Shown here piece after piece: positions 49,538 through 63,222 of a stretch of DNA of 64,000 nucleotides. Below the pieces are notes generated by a model that had not been told where the DNA came from, did no database searches, and saw nothing but the letters and a program-made list of their open reading frames with translations. Position 1 is the first letter of the stretch, and each line of letters begins with the position of its first letter. The position numbers were made by a program, and so were the translations under genes. Origin of the DNA: Lama glama (Eukaryota); NCBI GenBank assembly GCA_028534125.1, contig CM052817.1:62560001-62624000 (forward strand), written 5' to 3'.

Positions 49538-50470
49538 ATCTGTAGCTTTGGGCTTTGGAGGAAAATAAGTGTCTTAGTTTAATTTCAATAGTATGCTAAG
49601 GAGAAATTAGTAGAGTGGAAAAAAGGAGAAAATTGGGAGAAAATGAGGCTGCAAGAACAGAAAGAGAAAGAAAAGGATGAGTATGAATAAGAATCGAGGG
49701 AAAGGAGCTGGAAGAGGAGACTTCTGACTGTGGCACTAACTAGCTTTCTGACTTTGGATGCATTATTTATTTTATCCATACCAAAATATCTTTGTCGCCA
49801 AAAACAAAGTCAAATGGCTGCCTCCCAATAGCTCTATTATTAAATTAGACCATTTGTGTAAAGCATCTCTCCACGGTAGGTTGCCAATAAATATAACTGA
49901 TTATTATATACATATCTCAATATCAAATAATCCTAATATCCAAACACTTTTGATTTTTTAAACAGTAACTTTAGAATTAACTAATGAGCCATTAGATAAA
50001 TCAGTTTCATTAATTTATAATAAAAATTCATGATTATGAATTGTGTTTATGACAAAATCAACTTCATGATTTTGAACTTTTAACTGTAGATAGTTTCATG
50101 TGATGATTATACGTAAAACTCCCAAATAATTTGGCAACTGATTCTTTAGATATTTACTCTTCATTTTAATTTGAGAATTTATACATGCTCCTAGGATAGA
50201 ATTCCTTAAGCAAGGAATTTCCTTTCTACAAACATAGTTTTTAAGCCGTTGGTGTACTACTAGGGAATGACATAAAAATGTCCCTTTTTTTTGTCAATTG
50301 ATTCTGGATCTCCAAGTATCATAATTCGTATAGTTTCTTAACCATGACTACTTTAACCGTGCCTAATTCTGAAGTGAAGATGAGGGAATTGTTTCCTTCC
50401 CCATTTAACCTGCATTCAGATAACACAACTGGAGGGCTCAGTTGCTATGGTGAGCATCACACTAGAAGTA

Positions 50471-50480
50471 CCTATATAGG
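50471..50480. promoter_or_regulatory. CArG box CCTATATAGG (SRF consensus CC(A/T)6GG)
   Basis: Perfect palindromic consensus match in unique sequence; motif match only. Confidence 0.3.
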
Positions 50481-53209
50481 AAGTACAGTATAAGATCACC
50501 TAGCCTCTCATCAGAATTATGAAAATCTCTCAGAACCAGCAAGTACTTTAGTGAGCAGGCTATGAGAACAATGCCAATAGTAAAAATGTATTTAAGATTT
50601 TTCTCTCTGAATCTCTGGATTCATTGCAGTTTCTAGGTCTTCAAGGGAGAAGAGTCGTTTAAACAATTGTTCTTTGTTTTACAGTCTTAGGTGTTTTGTT
50701 TTCTTATTTTCTGACTGTGCTTTGGATGCTTATTTGAGCAAACAACACAGTAGCTGGAGAGGAACGGTCTTTGAGCTAGCTTAGTTTTAATAGTTTTGCT
50801 CTCTCAAGTGCTTAAGCCCTTCCGACTGGCTCTTGTGAGTTCTTGGCAATGGTTTAGTTTGCTGTTTGAGTCTTCAGTGCCACGGCTGCCTGTTTATAGG
50901 GGCTGCATGGCTGATTCTGGTTACTCTGGCCTGGGAGCATTGCCACGTGCAGGCAAGAAAGGCTGTTTATGTGGTCTAATGTTGCCAGCTCATCCTGTGA
51001 ACATCTATTTAAAACAAAAATGCACCAAGATATAAAAGTGCACATGAGATGGGGAGCAGGGTGTGTGCATGGGTGTATGGGAAAATATAAGGGGTGTAGT
51101 CACTAAAGTACCTCAGAAAAATGACCCTGTTTTTATCTTAAACAGGAAGATATACCATGATATGTTTATTAGGAAGTTCATGCTGGGGCATATTTTTGCT
51201 TTGAAGATCATAAAAGGGCTCTCCTGAGAATTGCAAAGTAGATTATATGAGGATTTAAAAAGGTTATACAATAAAATCTGGGAAAGTGTCCTAATCGTTG
51301 CCTTAATGACTCACCATATTCAGCCTCTCCCTTCCTTTCTCATTGCTGCTAATGTTCATTTTATGTAAAAACTTCAACTGGAACTAACTAGGACATCTTT
51401 AGGGTAATGTTAGTTTCTAGCAATAGTAATTTTCAATTGAAATTGCACAGTGTACCAGTGAAGTGAAAGTCAAAGACAAGGACACTGTATTATGGACTTT
51501 TTGGCTTTTCTAATCAGCCCCATACTCCATGCCTCTCTCAAAATTGGCAAGAAGTTTCTGGTATGTTTTTGGTTTTATGCCACAGCACTTATCTGTTCTT
51601 CATTCCTCTCTGTAGAAAGGAGACAAAAATCTCCCTAAGACTTAGGCTCAGGTCCCCTCAGGCTGTAGTGAGCCTGCACAGCTCGAGATAAGAGGAGAAA
51701 GCACTTCAAACAGCTAGGAATTAACCAGCCAGCCTGGCTTCAAGCTCAGTGTTATAACTCAGCAATTCCTTCTCAGAAGCTCACTTACATTAACTGAAAT
51801 TAAATGAGACATTTAATTCTTGTGTATAAAAGGCTCTTGAAGCACAGTTTCAACCAGTTACTTTGTGATGTCATGAAGCAAAGGGGCTAACTGAGCTCAT
51901 TGGAAAGGGAAGGGCCCCTGGGTTTGTATCAAAGAGGGCTTGGACTGGCCTTTGAACAATTTCCTTATGTCTTATTCATACCTTTATAGCATTACGTTTT
52001 GTACCATCCATTATCATTTAACCACAATGTTCAACCCCTCCTCTGGTGTCAGTGTTATTTGTAACAGAGGAAGCTCTTGAGGGAACACACATGATAGTTT
52101 AATTGTTCTGTGAAGCAGAGCAACGTAAGGCCTTTCTCATTGTACCTCAGAACTGTGTTTCTACATTTGAGCAACAGGATTAATTATCATGTGAACCAAT
52201 TCTAGAAAATAGGCTTTTGCTGCATTGATGGATTTTGATAAAGGGCTCAGATACAAAATAAACACAATAAATCAAAGTATTTATGTGACTGTTTTCAAGT
52301 TTCCTCATTAGATATTTTATTTTCACTAATAACAAAATTGTGTGTGCATATATTTCTTTCTATTGGAATTAATTATTTTAAAAACTTTCACATAAATGCA
52401 ACATTAAATTTCATTTTCAGATTTCAAGGATGTATTTGTACTAAATAGGACTACTAGTTCTCTCCCAAAGTTTGAGAACTGTCTTGAATCAGTTTATTAA
52501 CAATTGTTGTCTATTTACTAATTAAATGATTACCCAATCAGAATAATCAATGTATACTAATAATATGGCTAAAAGTAAAATCCCAAATGGGTTTAAATCT
52601 ATGACTCTAAACTCAGAATTGCCTATCGTAATGATTAAATCATTTGCTCTATACATCAGATGCTAGCGCATTAGCTTAGACAAAGATATTGAAGGCTTTT
52701 CTTCTATAGGCTGTTAGTAAAGCAAATAAAACATTTCTCTATGTTATTGACAGGATCTTAATGGATTTATTCATTAGACACAGTGATCCTTCAGCCAAGC
52801 TCTAGCCATGCAGAAACAAACATTTAGGAACCTGGTGTTGATTAAAATATGGTCATTCATGAAGGATAAATTTGTTCAATACATTCAAAATATGTCTGGC
52901 TAATTCAGTAATAGCAATTTAATTGTGACTTCTTTGGTCATTTTCATGAAAATAAAACTGGTTTTAATAAAAAGCAAATTGAAAATCCATAACTCTTTGC
53001 AGAGTAATAAGGTTTTTTTAAACACTGTTTTATGGAGAAAGGTTGCTAAATAGATGGTCAATACAGAAGGATTTAAATAGAAAAGAGAACTGTGATTCAG
53101 TAACTTACTACTGTTCCACATTAATTGAGAAGACATTGATAGATGATGCTGACCCATCCACATGGACACAGTCTGTCTAGACTTTGCCTTAAATGACCTG
53201 AGTTGAGCA

Positions 53210-53910
53210 TCACTGTGTGAAATAAAAGAATTTGGAAATAGCCCAAACATTTAACAACAGGAGAATGGATAATTACATAGCCATGTATCATATAGTGGAA
53301 TATTATATAACAGTGAAAATGAAAATCATGTATTGGCAGAAATTCTAAAATTTTTGTTGAAAGATAAGAGCAAGTTATACCTTAGGACCTATAGTAGAAT
53401 TCCATATCTGTAAATGTCAAAACTAGCTGAAATTTAGAAATATATTTTATAGACATCCATACAAACATATTAAAATAAGTAGAAAAGCAAGATAGTAACA
53501 GAAATATATCTAAAGCTCTTAGTATAAGCCAGATACTTTTCAAAAATACAATATGTATTTTTACTATTATGATTCACATTTAAAGATGGAAAATAACATG
53601 CAGAGAGATTAAATAACATCCCTAAATCAAACAGCTGTAAAGTAAAAGATCCAGGATTTAAATCCAGCAGGCTGGCCCAGGAGGTTGTGGTTATTCATTG
53701 TGCTCTAAAGCCCTAAGAGGATAACTACCTGCAAATCTTCCCTAGAGGTTACTTCTTGGAAGGGTTGGAGAATGAGAAGAGCATGCATTTGACTAGGGAA
53801 TAATTCAAGAGAGCTTCACAGTAATGGTAAAATTTCTGTTAGATGGTGGTTATACACTTATGTATTTTATTTTTCTTTAAAACATGCACATATTCTATAT
53901 ACAGAGTTTA
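53210..53910 (+). mobile_element. Old L1ME-like 3' end, interrupted by a MIR
   Basis: TTTGGAAATAGCCCAAACAT..CAACAGGAGAATGGATAA..GGAATATTATATAACAGTGAAAATGAA. Confidence 0.7.
53505..53712 (-). mobile_element. MIR SINE
   Basis: CATTTAAAGATGGAAAA..CAGAGAGATTAAATAAC..CCAGGATTTAAATCCAG. Confidence 0.75.
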
Positions 53911-54311
53911 TAGAATTTTTATATTTTTATTTATACTTTCTTACTTTATCATTTAAAATATCTAAGAGCCTTGCCAATTTCAGTAGAATTATTTAAATTA
54001 CTATAGTAATAGAAGTCAATTTTGTTCAGCTTATTAAAAAACAAATTAAATTGTCTTTAAAATACTTTGTGAACAAATTATCCTGTTATTTGCATTTTAA
54101 TAGTCCATTTTTTTTAACCTTGAGAGTTGATGAGAAAGTATTGACAAATGATTGGTTATGTGACAGCACTGAAGAGTAGAAATGAAAGGACATATATTAA
54201 CCTGAAAATCAGCCAAGTGCAGTACTTCACATATTGTTTCTCATTTATTTCAAGGAAGTAGTAAAAATCTACAATGTAATATTAAATATCTGCAAGATGA
54301 TAGTTAAAAAA

Positions 54312-54570
54312 TATTATTAGCGCAGATGTTAACTGGGCACTTAATATGTCCCAGGTATTTTGCTAGGTGCTAGCAGGTGTGATACTTTGTTTCATGCTTA
54401 CATCAAATCCAGAGAGCAGTGTTTTATTATGATCCCCATTTTTAGATGAGAGAAGGAGGATAGGATAGGTTAAGTAATGAGCTTATTTTCACCCAATTAG
54501 CAAGTTGCAGACCTAAAGTTAGAGCCTAGTTCTTTATGCTTCCAAAGGTAATGCTCTTAATCATTATCCC
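54312..54570 (-). mobile_element. MIR SINE
   Basis: GCACTTAATATGTCCCAGG..CCCCATTTTTAGATGAG..GGTTAAGTAA. Confidence 0.8.
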
Positions 54571-54659
54571 CATGATATTTTGGCTTACTTTCAGTCTTTT
54601 TCATGTGAAAAATTGGAAACATATAACAGAGTTAAAAGAATAATATAACAAACACCTGT

Positions 54660-55070
54660 TGTGTTAAACTGCTTGAGCTGCCATAACAAAATCCCACAGA
54701 CTAAGTGGCTTAAAGAATGGGACTTATTTTTTCAGTTGTGGAGACTGGGAGTCCAAGATTAAGGTTCAGCTGATTTCAGTTTCTGGTGAGGGCTCTGTTC
54801 CTGGCTTGAAGACAACTGTCACCCTCACATGACCTCTTTTTACACTTACATGGAGAGAATGAGAGAGAGAGAGTGAATGAATTCAAGAGTGCAATCTCTG
54901 GTGTCTCTTCTTATAAGGACACTAATCCTATTAGATTAGGGCCCTGCCCTTTTGACCTCATTTAACTTTCATTACTTTTTGTAGGCCCTCTTTTTAAATA
55001 TAGTCACATTGTGGGGGTTACAGCCTCAACATATGAATCTGGACAGGATACAGATATTCAGTCCCTAACA
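54660..55070 (-). mobile_element. MaLR solo LTR (MLT1A-like) with perfect 5-bp TSD
   Basis: TG..CA termini; GCTGCCATAACAAAAT.CCACAGACT; TSD CCTGT at 54655-54659 and 55071-55075. Confidence 0.93.
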
Positions 55071-56202
55071 CCTGTATACTCATCACTTTGTTTCTACCAC
55101 TAATATTTTATATTTGTTTTATCAGATATAAATGTGATTCCATTCTTTTATCCATTTATTCAAACATCTTACTTTGGATGCATTTAAGAAAGAATTGCAG
55201 AGAGCCATTAACTTTCCCCTAAATACTTTATCATGATCAAAATTTGTTACTTTTTATGTAAAATTTACATATCATTAAACACACAAATCTTAAGTGTGCA
55301 ATTCAATGAATTTGGAAATGCATACATCAGTGTAAACCAACCCTCAACCAAGACAGAGAACATTACTATCATCCCAGAAAGTTCCCCCATGCCCTTTTCA
55401 GGTTAATCCCTGCTCCATCATTCTGGCCTCTGGCATCCGTTGCCCCAGTGATTTTCTACCATTGATTAGATTCGCCTACTCGAGAACGTCACATAAATGG
55501 AACAACACAATATACACTTTTTCGTGCAGGACTTCTTTCACTGAGTATAGTGTTTCTGAGCTGTATCTGTGTGATTGGGTTTTTTAGTAGTTCATTTCTG
55601 TTTTAATGCGGAGTGGTATGCTGTTGTACGAGTACATCATAGTTTCTTCACCAACTAGCCTATTGACAGAAAGCTGGGTCATTTCTAGTTTTTAACTATT
55701 ACAAATAAAGCTGTTATGAACAAGATACATAAGTTTTCTTGTAACATATTTTCTTTTCTCTTAGGTGACAATGGAGGGTCAGCCTTGCTAGGTAAGTGTA
55801 TATTTAGTTTTGAAAGAAAATGCCAGATTTTTTTTCAAAGTGCTTGTACCATTTTACACTCTGACCAACACTGTTTGAGAACACTGATTGCTCTGCATTC
55901 TCACTCCCATTTGTTGTTATCAGTTGGCTTAAATGTTAGCCATTCTGGTGAGTGTGTAGTACTCTCTGTGTCTCTACTTTTGAATTTGAATTTCCCTAAT
56001 GATAGTGATGTTGAACACGTTCGTGTGTGCTTATTGGCCATTCACATTTTGCCTTTTATAAAGTGTCTGTTAAATATGTGGGCTCAGTTTTTTTTTAATT
56101 GCATTATCTTTTCATTAGGAGCTGGAGGAATTCTTTATATATCCTGAATATCAGTATTTTCTCAGATATGTTTTTCATGTATTTTTCTTTCTTCATAATC
56201 AC

Positions 56203-56602
56203 GTGAAATTGGGTCATGTGATTACACAGGCTGAGAAGTCCTAAGATGTGCATTTGACAAGCTGGAGACCCAGGAGAGCCAGTGGTGTAGTTGCAGTCTG
56301 AGTCCGAAGGCCTGAGTGTCAGCAGAAGTGATAGTGTAAGTTCCAGTTCAAGGGCAGGAGAAGTTGAAGCCCCTCAGTTAGGCAGGTGGACTTCCATCTT
56401 ACTCAGCCTTCTGTTCTATTCAGGTCTTTGACTGATTGGATAAGGCCCACCTATATTAGCAGGAAAATCTGCTTTACTCACTCTACCAATTCAAATGTTA
56501 ATACCATCCAGAAACACCCTCACAGACACACCCAGAAAATAGTTGACCACATTTCTGGGCACTCTGTGGTCCATTCAAGTTGACACAAAATTAACCATCA
56601 CA
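56203..56602 (-). mobile_element. ERVL LTR (MLT2-like)
   Basis: GGCTGAGAAGTCC..AAGCTGGAGACCCAGGAGAGCC..CAAGTTGACACAAAATTAACCATCACA. Confidence 0.9.
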
Positions 56603-56887
56603 CCATTTATTCCAACTTCATTGTTGAGAAGACTTTTCCTGTTGGAGGTTTTGGCATCTTTGTTGAAAATCAGATTACTATGTATGAGTCGATCTATTTC
56701 TGGGTGAACAAGATTATTATATTTGTGGGTACATTAAACTCAAGATGCTGACTCTTGCTTCTTTTTAAAGAAGTTTTTTATAGTCTGGTGAGGGTAGCAG
56801 TCTTGATAGCAAAATGGGTCAATTTTCAAGTAAGACACAAAATTCAGAGATCTTGCCCAGAGACCAAATTTGACTAATAGTTGAAAT

Positions 56888-57040
56888 AAGAGGTTGGCAA
56901 GTTTTTTTTTTTTTCCTGTAAATAGCCAGATAGTAAATACTTTACTTTTTGCGGGCCACACATGGTCTGTGTCACACATTTTCCTTTATTATTTTTTTAA
57001 ACAACTCTTTAGTGTATGGGCTGTTGTTTACTGACCCCTG
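56888..57040 (+). mobile_element. MER58-type hAT-Charlie MITE (internally deleted)
   Basis: AAGAGGTTGGCAAG..CTGTAAA..GCCAGATAGTAAATA..TTTACTGACCCCTG; degenerate TSD GTTGAAAT / ATTGAAAG. Confidence 0.88.
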
Positions 57041-58764
57041 ATTGAAAGGAAACAGGTAATCACAAGCCACAGAGAAAGAACGCAGAAGTCTGAAAAATGA
57101 TGTATTCCTTCACTAAAGTGCACTCCAGCCCAGATTTAACATATGGGGTATCCGAGCCATGCATGCATGGCATCACTCACACAGAGGGGACTACTTTGAT
57201 TACAAACCATTTCCAGTTTATATTGTAATAATTTTATACTGTGATGATTATATAGCTGACACAGATGAATTCCAGCAGACAAAGTGAGAGAAATCTGACA
57301 TAGATAAAATACATATATTCTGCTAAAATCATTTTACCACCAAAGAGGTTTGGTTAGTGTGTTTGCAAGGAGATTTTCCCAGGCCATTTCTTTCTTTGTC
57401 CAGAGTCCTTTCCCAGGTGTGCCAAGATAGACAGAGTGGGCTATAGAGCAGCGGCTATTGCTTCTTTCCTAGCAGGATGGAAGAAAGTCGGTTATTAGGA
57501 CCGAGATAATCTGATGATGGATTCAAATAGAGAAATACAATAGAGACTGTTAACCAGAATTTCAGAAATGGAGACCTGATTGAAATAAAGAGGTGCTGTG
57601 GTCAAGAATTAGGATTGGACCCGGCAGGAACTAAGGATGCTCCTTAAGCAAGGAATGGTTGGGGTTTGAAATGATTACACAGTTGTAAAGTGGGGAGAAC
57701 TCTGAAACTACAAGGTTGCAGCTAGCAGCTGCTAGCAGGTATTGTTTTGAAAATGGCTGGTGGTATCCTTCAGTTTGACATCATTCAGAGAAAATTCAGG
57801 TTCTCAGTGGTACAGGGATATGTCTGAGACCAGATCTTCAATGGCTGGTCCCCTGATTCCATTTTTGTGTAACAAAACTATGATCACTCCATTACAATTT
57901 CAAATTTCATCAAGATCAAATCATAAATTATGAAAGTGCATAGGACAAGAGCTTTAAGAATGGGTGAAGTCTTAGCCTTTAATTGGGGAAGATGTATCTT
58001 TCTTCAAAGACTAGCCAAAGGAAGAGAGGGAGTTTAAATATAACGGGATGCTTTTACATGGAAAAAAAATGAGAAAGGTATATTTATACTGGATAACCTT
58101 AATTTGAGGAAAAACAGTGGAAATTGAGTATCTGCTACAAATGAAAAGGGAAGAATGAATATAGGACTTGAGGAAAGTGGAAAGATTTGGAAGAACCACT
58201 GTAAGGGACATGGTAAGCCATTAAGTAGCTAAAAAAATGTAGCAGCTGTGCTATTTCATTGTAGTCATAAAATGATGAATAATAATCACTTAATGTGATT
58301 GAATGCCATTCAGATATGAGATGTGGTGGACAAGGAAATTTACAAACATTATTATAGAGTACAACAAAGTAGTGTAGTTCACAAGTGTTAGGTTCCAAGT
58401 CTGCCAGTATGGTGAACACTTTATATACTCAAATATATTGTTTGAGAATTTCTAAGTAAGGATGAATCAACTGCTTCTCCTTAAATATAATACAGCCAGG
58501 TTTTCCTTCAGCACTGAAACAGATTGCTATTTCTGTTTGGAATTGGAAGCTTGCATTTTGGAAAGATGTTGCATGAAAAAGTATCTTTGAGTACGATTAA
58601 TCGACTTACATCCCCCATGTCCTGCTTACTCTGGGGCAGAGACTGATTTGGTAGAATGGCTGATGGGATCATTCATTCCATTTACGTTATGTCTCTCTTT
58701 CTCAAGCAAAGTGATTTCACTTTGAGTAAAGTAAAGCCCAGGTGATGTGACTTTGTAATTCACA

Positions 58765-58920
58765 CAAAGACTCCAGAACTGAAGACAACCTTCTGATTTT
58801 ATAGGTGAGGAAATTGAGGCTCAGATAACTTCAGTTATCTGAGAAAGGCCAAAGAGTTAACTAGTAGCAGAGCTGGATTTATGCCCAAGTCTTCCTGAGT
58901 CTAAAGCATGTTGTATGATG
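58765..58920 (-). mobile_element. MIR SINE
   Basis: TTTTATAGGTGAGGAAATTGAGGCTCAGA core. Confidence 0.8.
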
Positions 58921-61476
58921 GCAGCACAGAGGTTTTGTTTCATTGTTGTTTTTAATATCCCTGGCTAATAGTTCGCAGCTTTTAAGTAAAATAAGAGAAA
59001 GTAGACAGGAATGACCTTGACTAGGGATTGATGAGGAGAACATAGAGACTTAAAATGACATTGGTTTTTAGACTGTTCAATATATTGATGAAATGCTTGT
59101 CTTAGAATCCTTACTAGTTGGGAGAAAAGGGGAAGACAAAGGTGAACACATAGTGGGACAACTGAAAAAGTCCAGATGCTACTGTTCATTATAGTTCAAT
59201 ATACATAAAAACTGAACTCCTAGTATGTTTCAGCAGAAGGTTGACAATGACTGAGACATGGTAGCTGAATTACAGAGTATCATGTAAGTAAAGGTCAGTT
59301 TTCGTGAGATGGAGTTTAGTGAATGAAGTTCAGAGTAGCTCTGTTAGTGCTTGAAAAGCTAGGTTCATCCATGAGGGCATTTAGAGTTGTAAATATTAGA
59401 TGCTATGGAAATGAGTCATCATTTGGTGGTAAAGGACAGAAACACTCTAAAACAAGTTTATGTGGACTAAAGTTTTAGTAAGAGGTTTATAAGGAACATC
59501 ATAGCCCCCTGCTACAGAAATAAAAACTAAAACCTCTGAAATACTCACTGCTAATCTCACTACATGAATGCTTATGTGTTTGGGCATTTTGTATATATTT
59601 TCTTCTGACAAAGTGTTCTCTATTTTAATATTTAATATATTAAAATTCAGTTCTTTGAGACAGAATTAGATTTCTGATTGGTGGGATTTTACAATTGATT
59701 CAAATAAAAAGCGCTGAAACCACTTGTCACTCATATAAAGGATTATAAGCTATCTTCAAAGTGTTCTTTGCTGACAGTTGTGTGGTAGAGGGGTATAATG
59801 CTGAAATACTTAGCAATGGTTGCACATTAAAGAAAGAATTAGAAGGGATTATTGCTCTCTCTTCAGAGTGTCTGGGATACCAAAATATACTGTGGGTTTA
59901 GCGTAGTTTTCAGTAAGACTCTAAGCTACTAAACTGAGGAAGAGATAAGAAGGAAACCTAAATGCATATATTTAATATTACTGTCTCTTGGATTGCTTTA
60001 CTTTAGGCAGGCTGTGTTAAAAAATTGGAGAATATAGGGATGGGACAGACTTAATGTGTTTTTTTCAGTGCATCTTCTACCTCAAAACCATTCTAAGAGA
60101 ATAGAAAATATATTTCTAGTCACAGTTGAGTATATTTTTAGGAGTGATTTTCAAGACTTGAAAGAGACTTCAAAGAAATGTAAATACCATGCTCTGTGCT
60201 CTCCCATTCCCCCTAAGGTCAGTTTCTTGGCAGTGTTCTTTTCAGTCAAGACAGTTGTCTTTGCCAGCACCAGTCTACTGGGAGACAGTATGAGCTGGGC
60301 ATCTGCCTTTTCAATGAGAGATCTGCCTCTTCTGCAGATCTTTTTCTTGCATCTTCTCAAGTCTGAGAAACCAGTCATCTAGTTGTCACTCCATGTGCTC
60401 TGCCACATGCTAATTTGACACGAAGGTGCATTGCAGGCAAGTTTGCTTCTCCAGGACGTCACTCCAGGAGAGTTGACAGGACAGCAGGGCCACATCAACA
60501 AGAAGATCAATTTCATACCTAAAGGTGGGGCCAACCAACCGGCTATCTATCCTGTCCTCATAAGGGGTGAGATGATTTGGGGCCAGTCAATTAGAGTCTT
60601 GTCTTGGTTATGAACCCCCAGAGCAAGCAATGTGCTCCGGTATTAGATATAATAGTCACCTTCACAAAAATTCTTTGTTAGAATTTCTGATTTCAAAAGA
60701 AAGACTCCCTGATAAGAGTGAATAAGCTATTTTACAGCTTTTAGATGAATGTAGCTTGACAGTGACTTTATTCAAAGTCTGCTCTTTAGGCAAACTTGAG
60801 ATGTCATCGTGGAGTTGTTCTTTTTTGAAGAGCATGGAAAATAAGATTTTTAATGAAAAATAAACAGGAATGCATTTCAGAAATATTCTGAGAAATTACG
60901 CTGTTTTATTTTCACCAGGGTATTTGGGGTGGTGCATCTGCCTTGAGGTAACAGCAGAAGATATTAAAGGAGATGTATAGAAGCAAATAGAGGAAAACCA
61001 AATGAATTATTTGCCCTGCCTTTAGTGCCCAAAGAATCAATAAAACAACTGAAACCAGAATGGGATTTGGAGAACAAGAGCTGGTGGAGAGCCTGGGCTC
61101 TAAAAGTGATTGGCCCCAAGGGAAACAGCCTTCATTGTCTTCCTCCCTGGGAAGAGTCTGAGACAGACTGACCTGTAATGATAGAAGCATGCAAACTATA
61201 GCCCACAGCCTTGCCTTCCATGGTGGGAGTCTGGAAGGGTGGGCTGCATTTGATGTCATGGCTGCCACTAGAGTGCTGAAGGCGGCGGCCACTTCTTCTG
61301 CACTGCACCTTAATTCTCTTAAGAGGCTTTCTGATGTGATGTGTGTCCTTGCGCAGCCGGCCTCAGACACAGCTGTAACTTGCTCACTGCGCCAGTCGGG
61401 CATTTTGTTACAGCGGCTTGGCATTGAAGGCCATGTGTATGGTACATGTACTAGAGGTAGTGGTTTAATTAAAGCA

Positions 61477-61499
61477 GGATGATGAGGATGATGAGGATG
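61477..61499. repeat. (GGATGATGA)n short tandem repeat
   Basis: Directly visible, about 2.5 copies. Confidence 0.8.
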
Positions 61500-62435
61500 T
61501 GTGTGTGATTTCCTTAAGCTGGAAGAGGAGGGGAAGTTGGCAGGAAGGAGACTGCTGGTTTTGTTGTGTGTGCTTCTACTTCGGGGACTACTCACTCTCA
61601 TAGATTCCCAAATTCAATTTTTCTGAGCTCTACCAGGGCTTATAGGCTCTGTGGATTCAATGCTGACTGAACTCTCAGGGGACTAGTGATAAACGGCAGT
61701 GTCAGTTTATTTACAGTGGAGTATCTGTCTGGCCTTCAGTGGCTTCTCCAGTTTGTCCAGTGGGAATGTTAGCAATCCTCACCGGGAAAATGTTTACCAG
61801 AATTAAACTAGACTGCTCAATAATTTGGCCACCTAAGAGGGAGGAATTACAGTCTCAGAATACTTTTAACTTGTTCAGATAAGTCAGTGTCAACATCATG
61901 AATGCCGCAGTTGAAACCTTTTAAATAAAATGCTAGGAAACAGGGCCATTTGGGTTTGGAGGCTCTCCCATCTTTCTTATTGTCACCAGTTCTTCTCAGC
62001 TCCTATTTGGTCTGTTTGTTTGTGTGCCACTGGATAGCTCGTTCTTCAAAAGTACCCTTTCTTACCTCATCCCATGGCCCGTAGCCCCTGACACAGCGAC
62101 ACTTACTCCTTTCCCTTCAGACTCCGCAGTCTGAATCTCAGTGTCGGGACAGAGAGAGCACTGGCCTCATGAATGCTGTAGTACACAGTACCAGTAACAG
62201 CACAATCCATTTCGGATTATCTTTAAAGAGATGGCTGCATTCAGTGTATGAAATTTAAGGTCCTCCACTTGCAAACAACTTCTCATGTTTAGATCATGGG
62301 AGATTTTGCTCAGCAACACTACACAGTAATGCTGTAGGTATATAATTTCTGGGAAGAAAAGATAATTGATGATCCTCTTCTCCTCTGTATGGGACAAATT
62401 ATAATTTGTCATATGCTCATTTCTAGTGGTCCCAC

Positions 62436-63222
62436 TCATTCATTCATTTAATTATCTAAGCAATAAGCATACATATAGTGTATTCGGTCAAAGCATCCCC
62501 CTTAGGTGATGCAAAAATAAAAACTACAGTTTGTGCCAAAGATCTCGCATGCTATGGAGGAAAGAGAAAAACAATAATAATAGCAAAAACAATCATGATG
62601 ATAGTATCTACTTTTTATTTATTGACACGTACTTTGAGTCATGGCCTGTCCCCATTCTTTCTATAACTCATTTAAGCCTCACAACACCATATACTATTAT
62701 TACTATCATATAATATTAAGTATTATTACCCCCATTTTAGCAGTGAATCAGAGAAGTTAGGTCAATTACACAAGGTCACGCAACTTTTAAATGACAAAGC
62801 TTGGATGATAATTCCTGCCTACCTGACTCTGAAGCTTGTATAAACTAATATTCACAATTTTAGACTTTCAGAGAAAATCATAATACAGTGCTATGTAAAA
62901 GATATGAAAAGGATGCTTTGCAAGAAAAGAAGGCCGTGGTAAGAGGTTTCGTTCAGGGAATTTTTCAAACAGGAGGCATGACAGGAACTGAAGCTTTGAA
63001 GTGTCTTGGGCCAGAAGATAAGACAGGGCAAAGAACAGGGGAGAGTTTAACCCTTGAAAAGAACCACACACAGTTCTGAAGTGCTGAACTTTAAGGGAAA
63101 GTAAAACATAAAAACTGGAGAGTTAGGCAAAGGCCAAATTCTAGAAGCCTTGCATGTTTCCGTAAGGGGCTTAAACTTTGTGATAGCAGTGAGGAGCCAC
63201 TAAAGAATTTTAAAGCAGGAGA
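62436..63222 (-). mobile_element. L2 3' end interrupted by a MIR
   Basis: CTCATTCATTCATTTAA tail..CAGTGAGGAGCCACTAAAGAATTTTAAAGCAGGAGAG. Confidence 0.75.
62600..62850 (-). mobile_element. MIR SINE
   Basis: CATTTAAGCCTCACAACA..CCCCATTTTA..AGAGAAGTTAGGT..CAAGGTCAC. Confidence 0.8.

Larger units (their letters stand above)
54595..56705 (-). mobile_element. Old L1M cluster (3' UTR plus ORF2 end, probably two subfamilies), interrupted by MLT1 and MLT2 LTRs
   Basis: GAACATTACTATCATCCCAGAAAGTTCCC..TGCTTGTACCATTTTACACTC..TGTTGAAAATCAG. Confidence 0.85.

Noticed and set aside
55716..56147. 143-aa ORF
   Set aside because: Antisense reading of an old L1 ORF2 end
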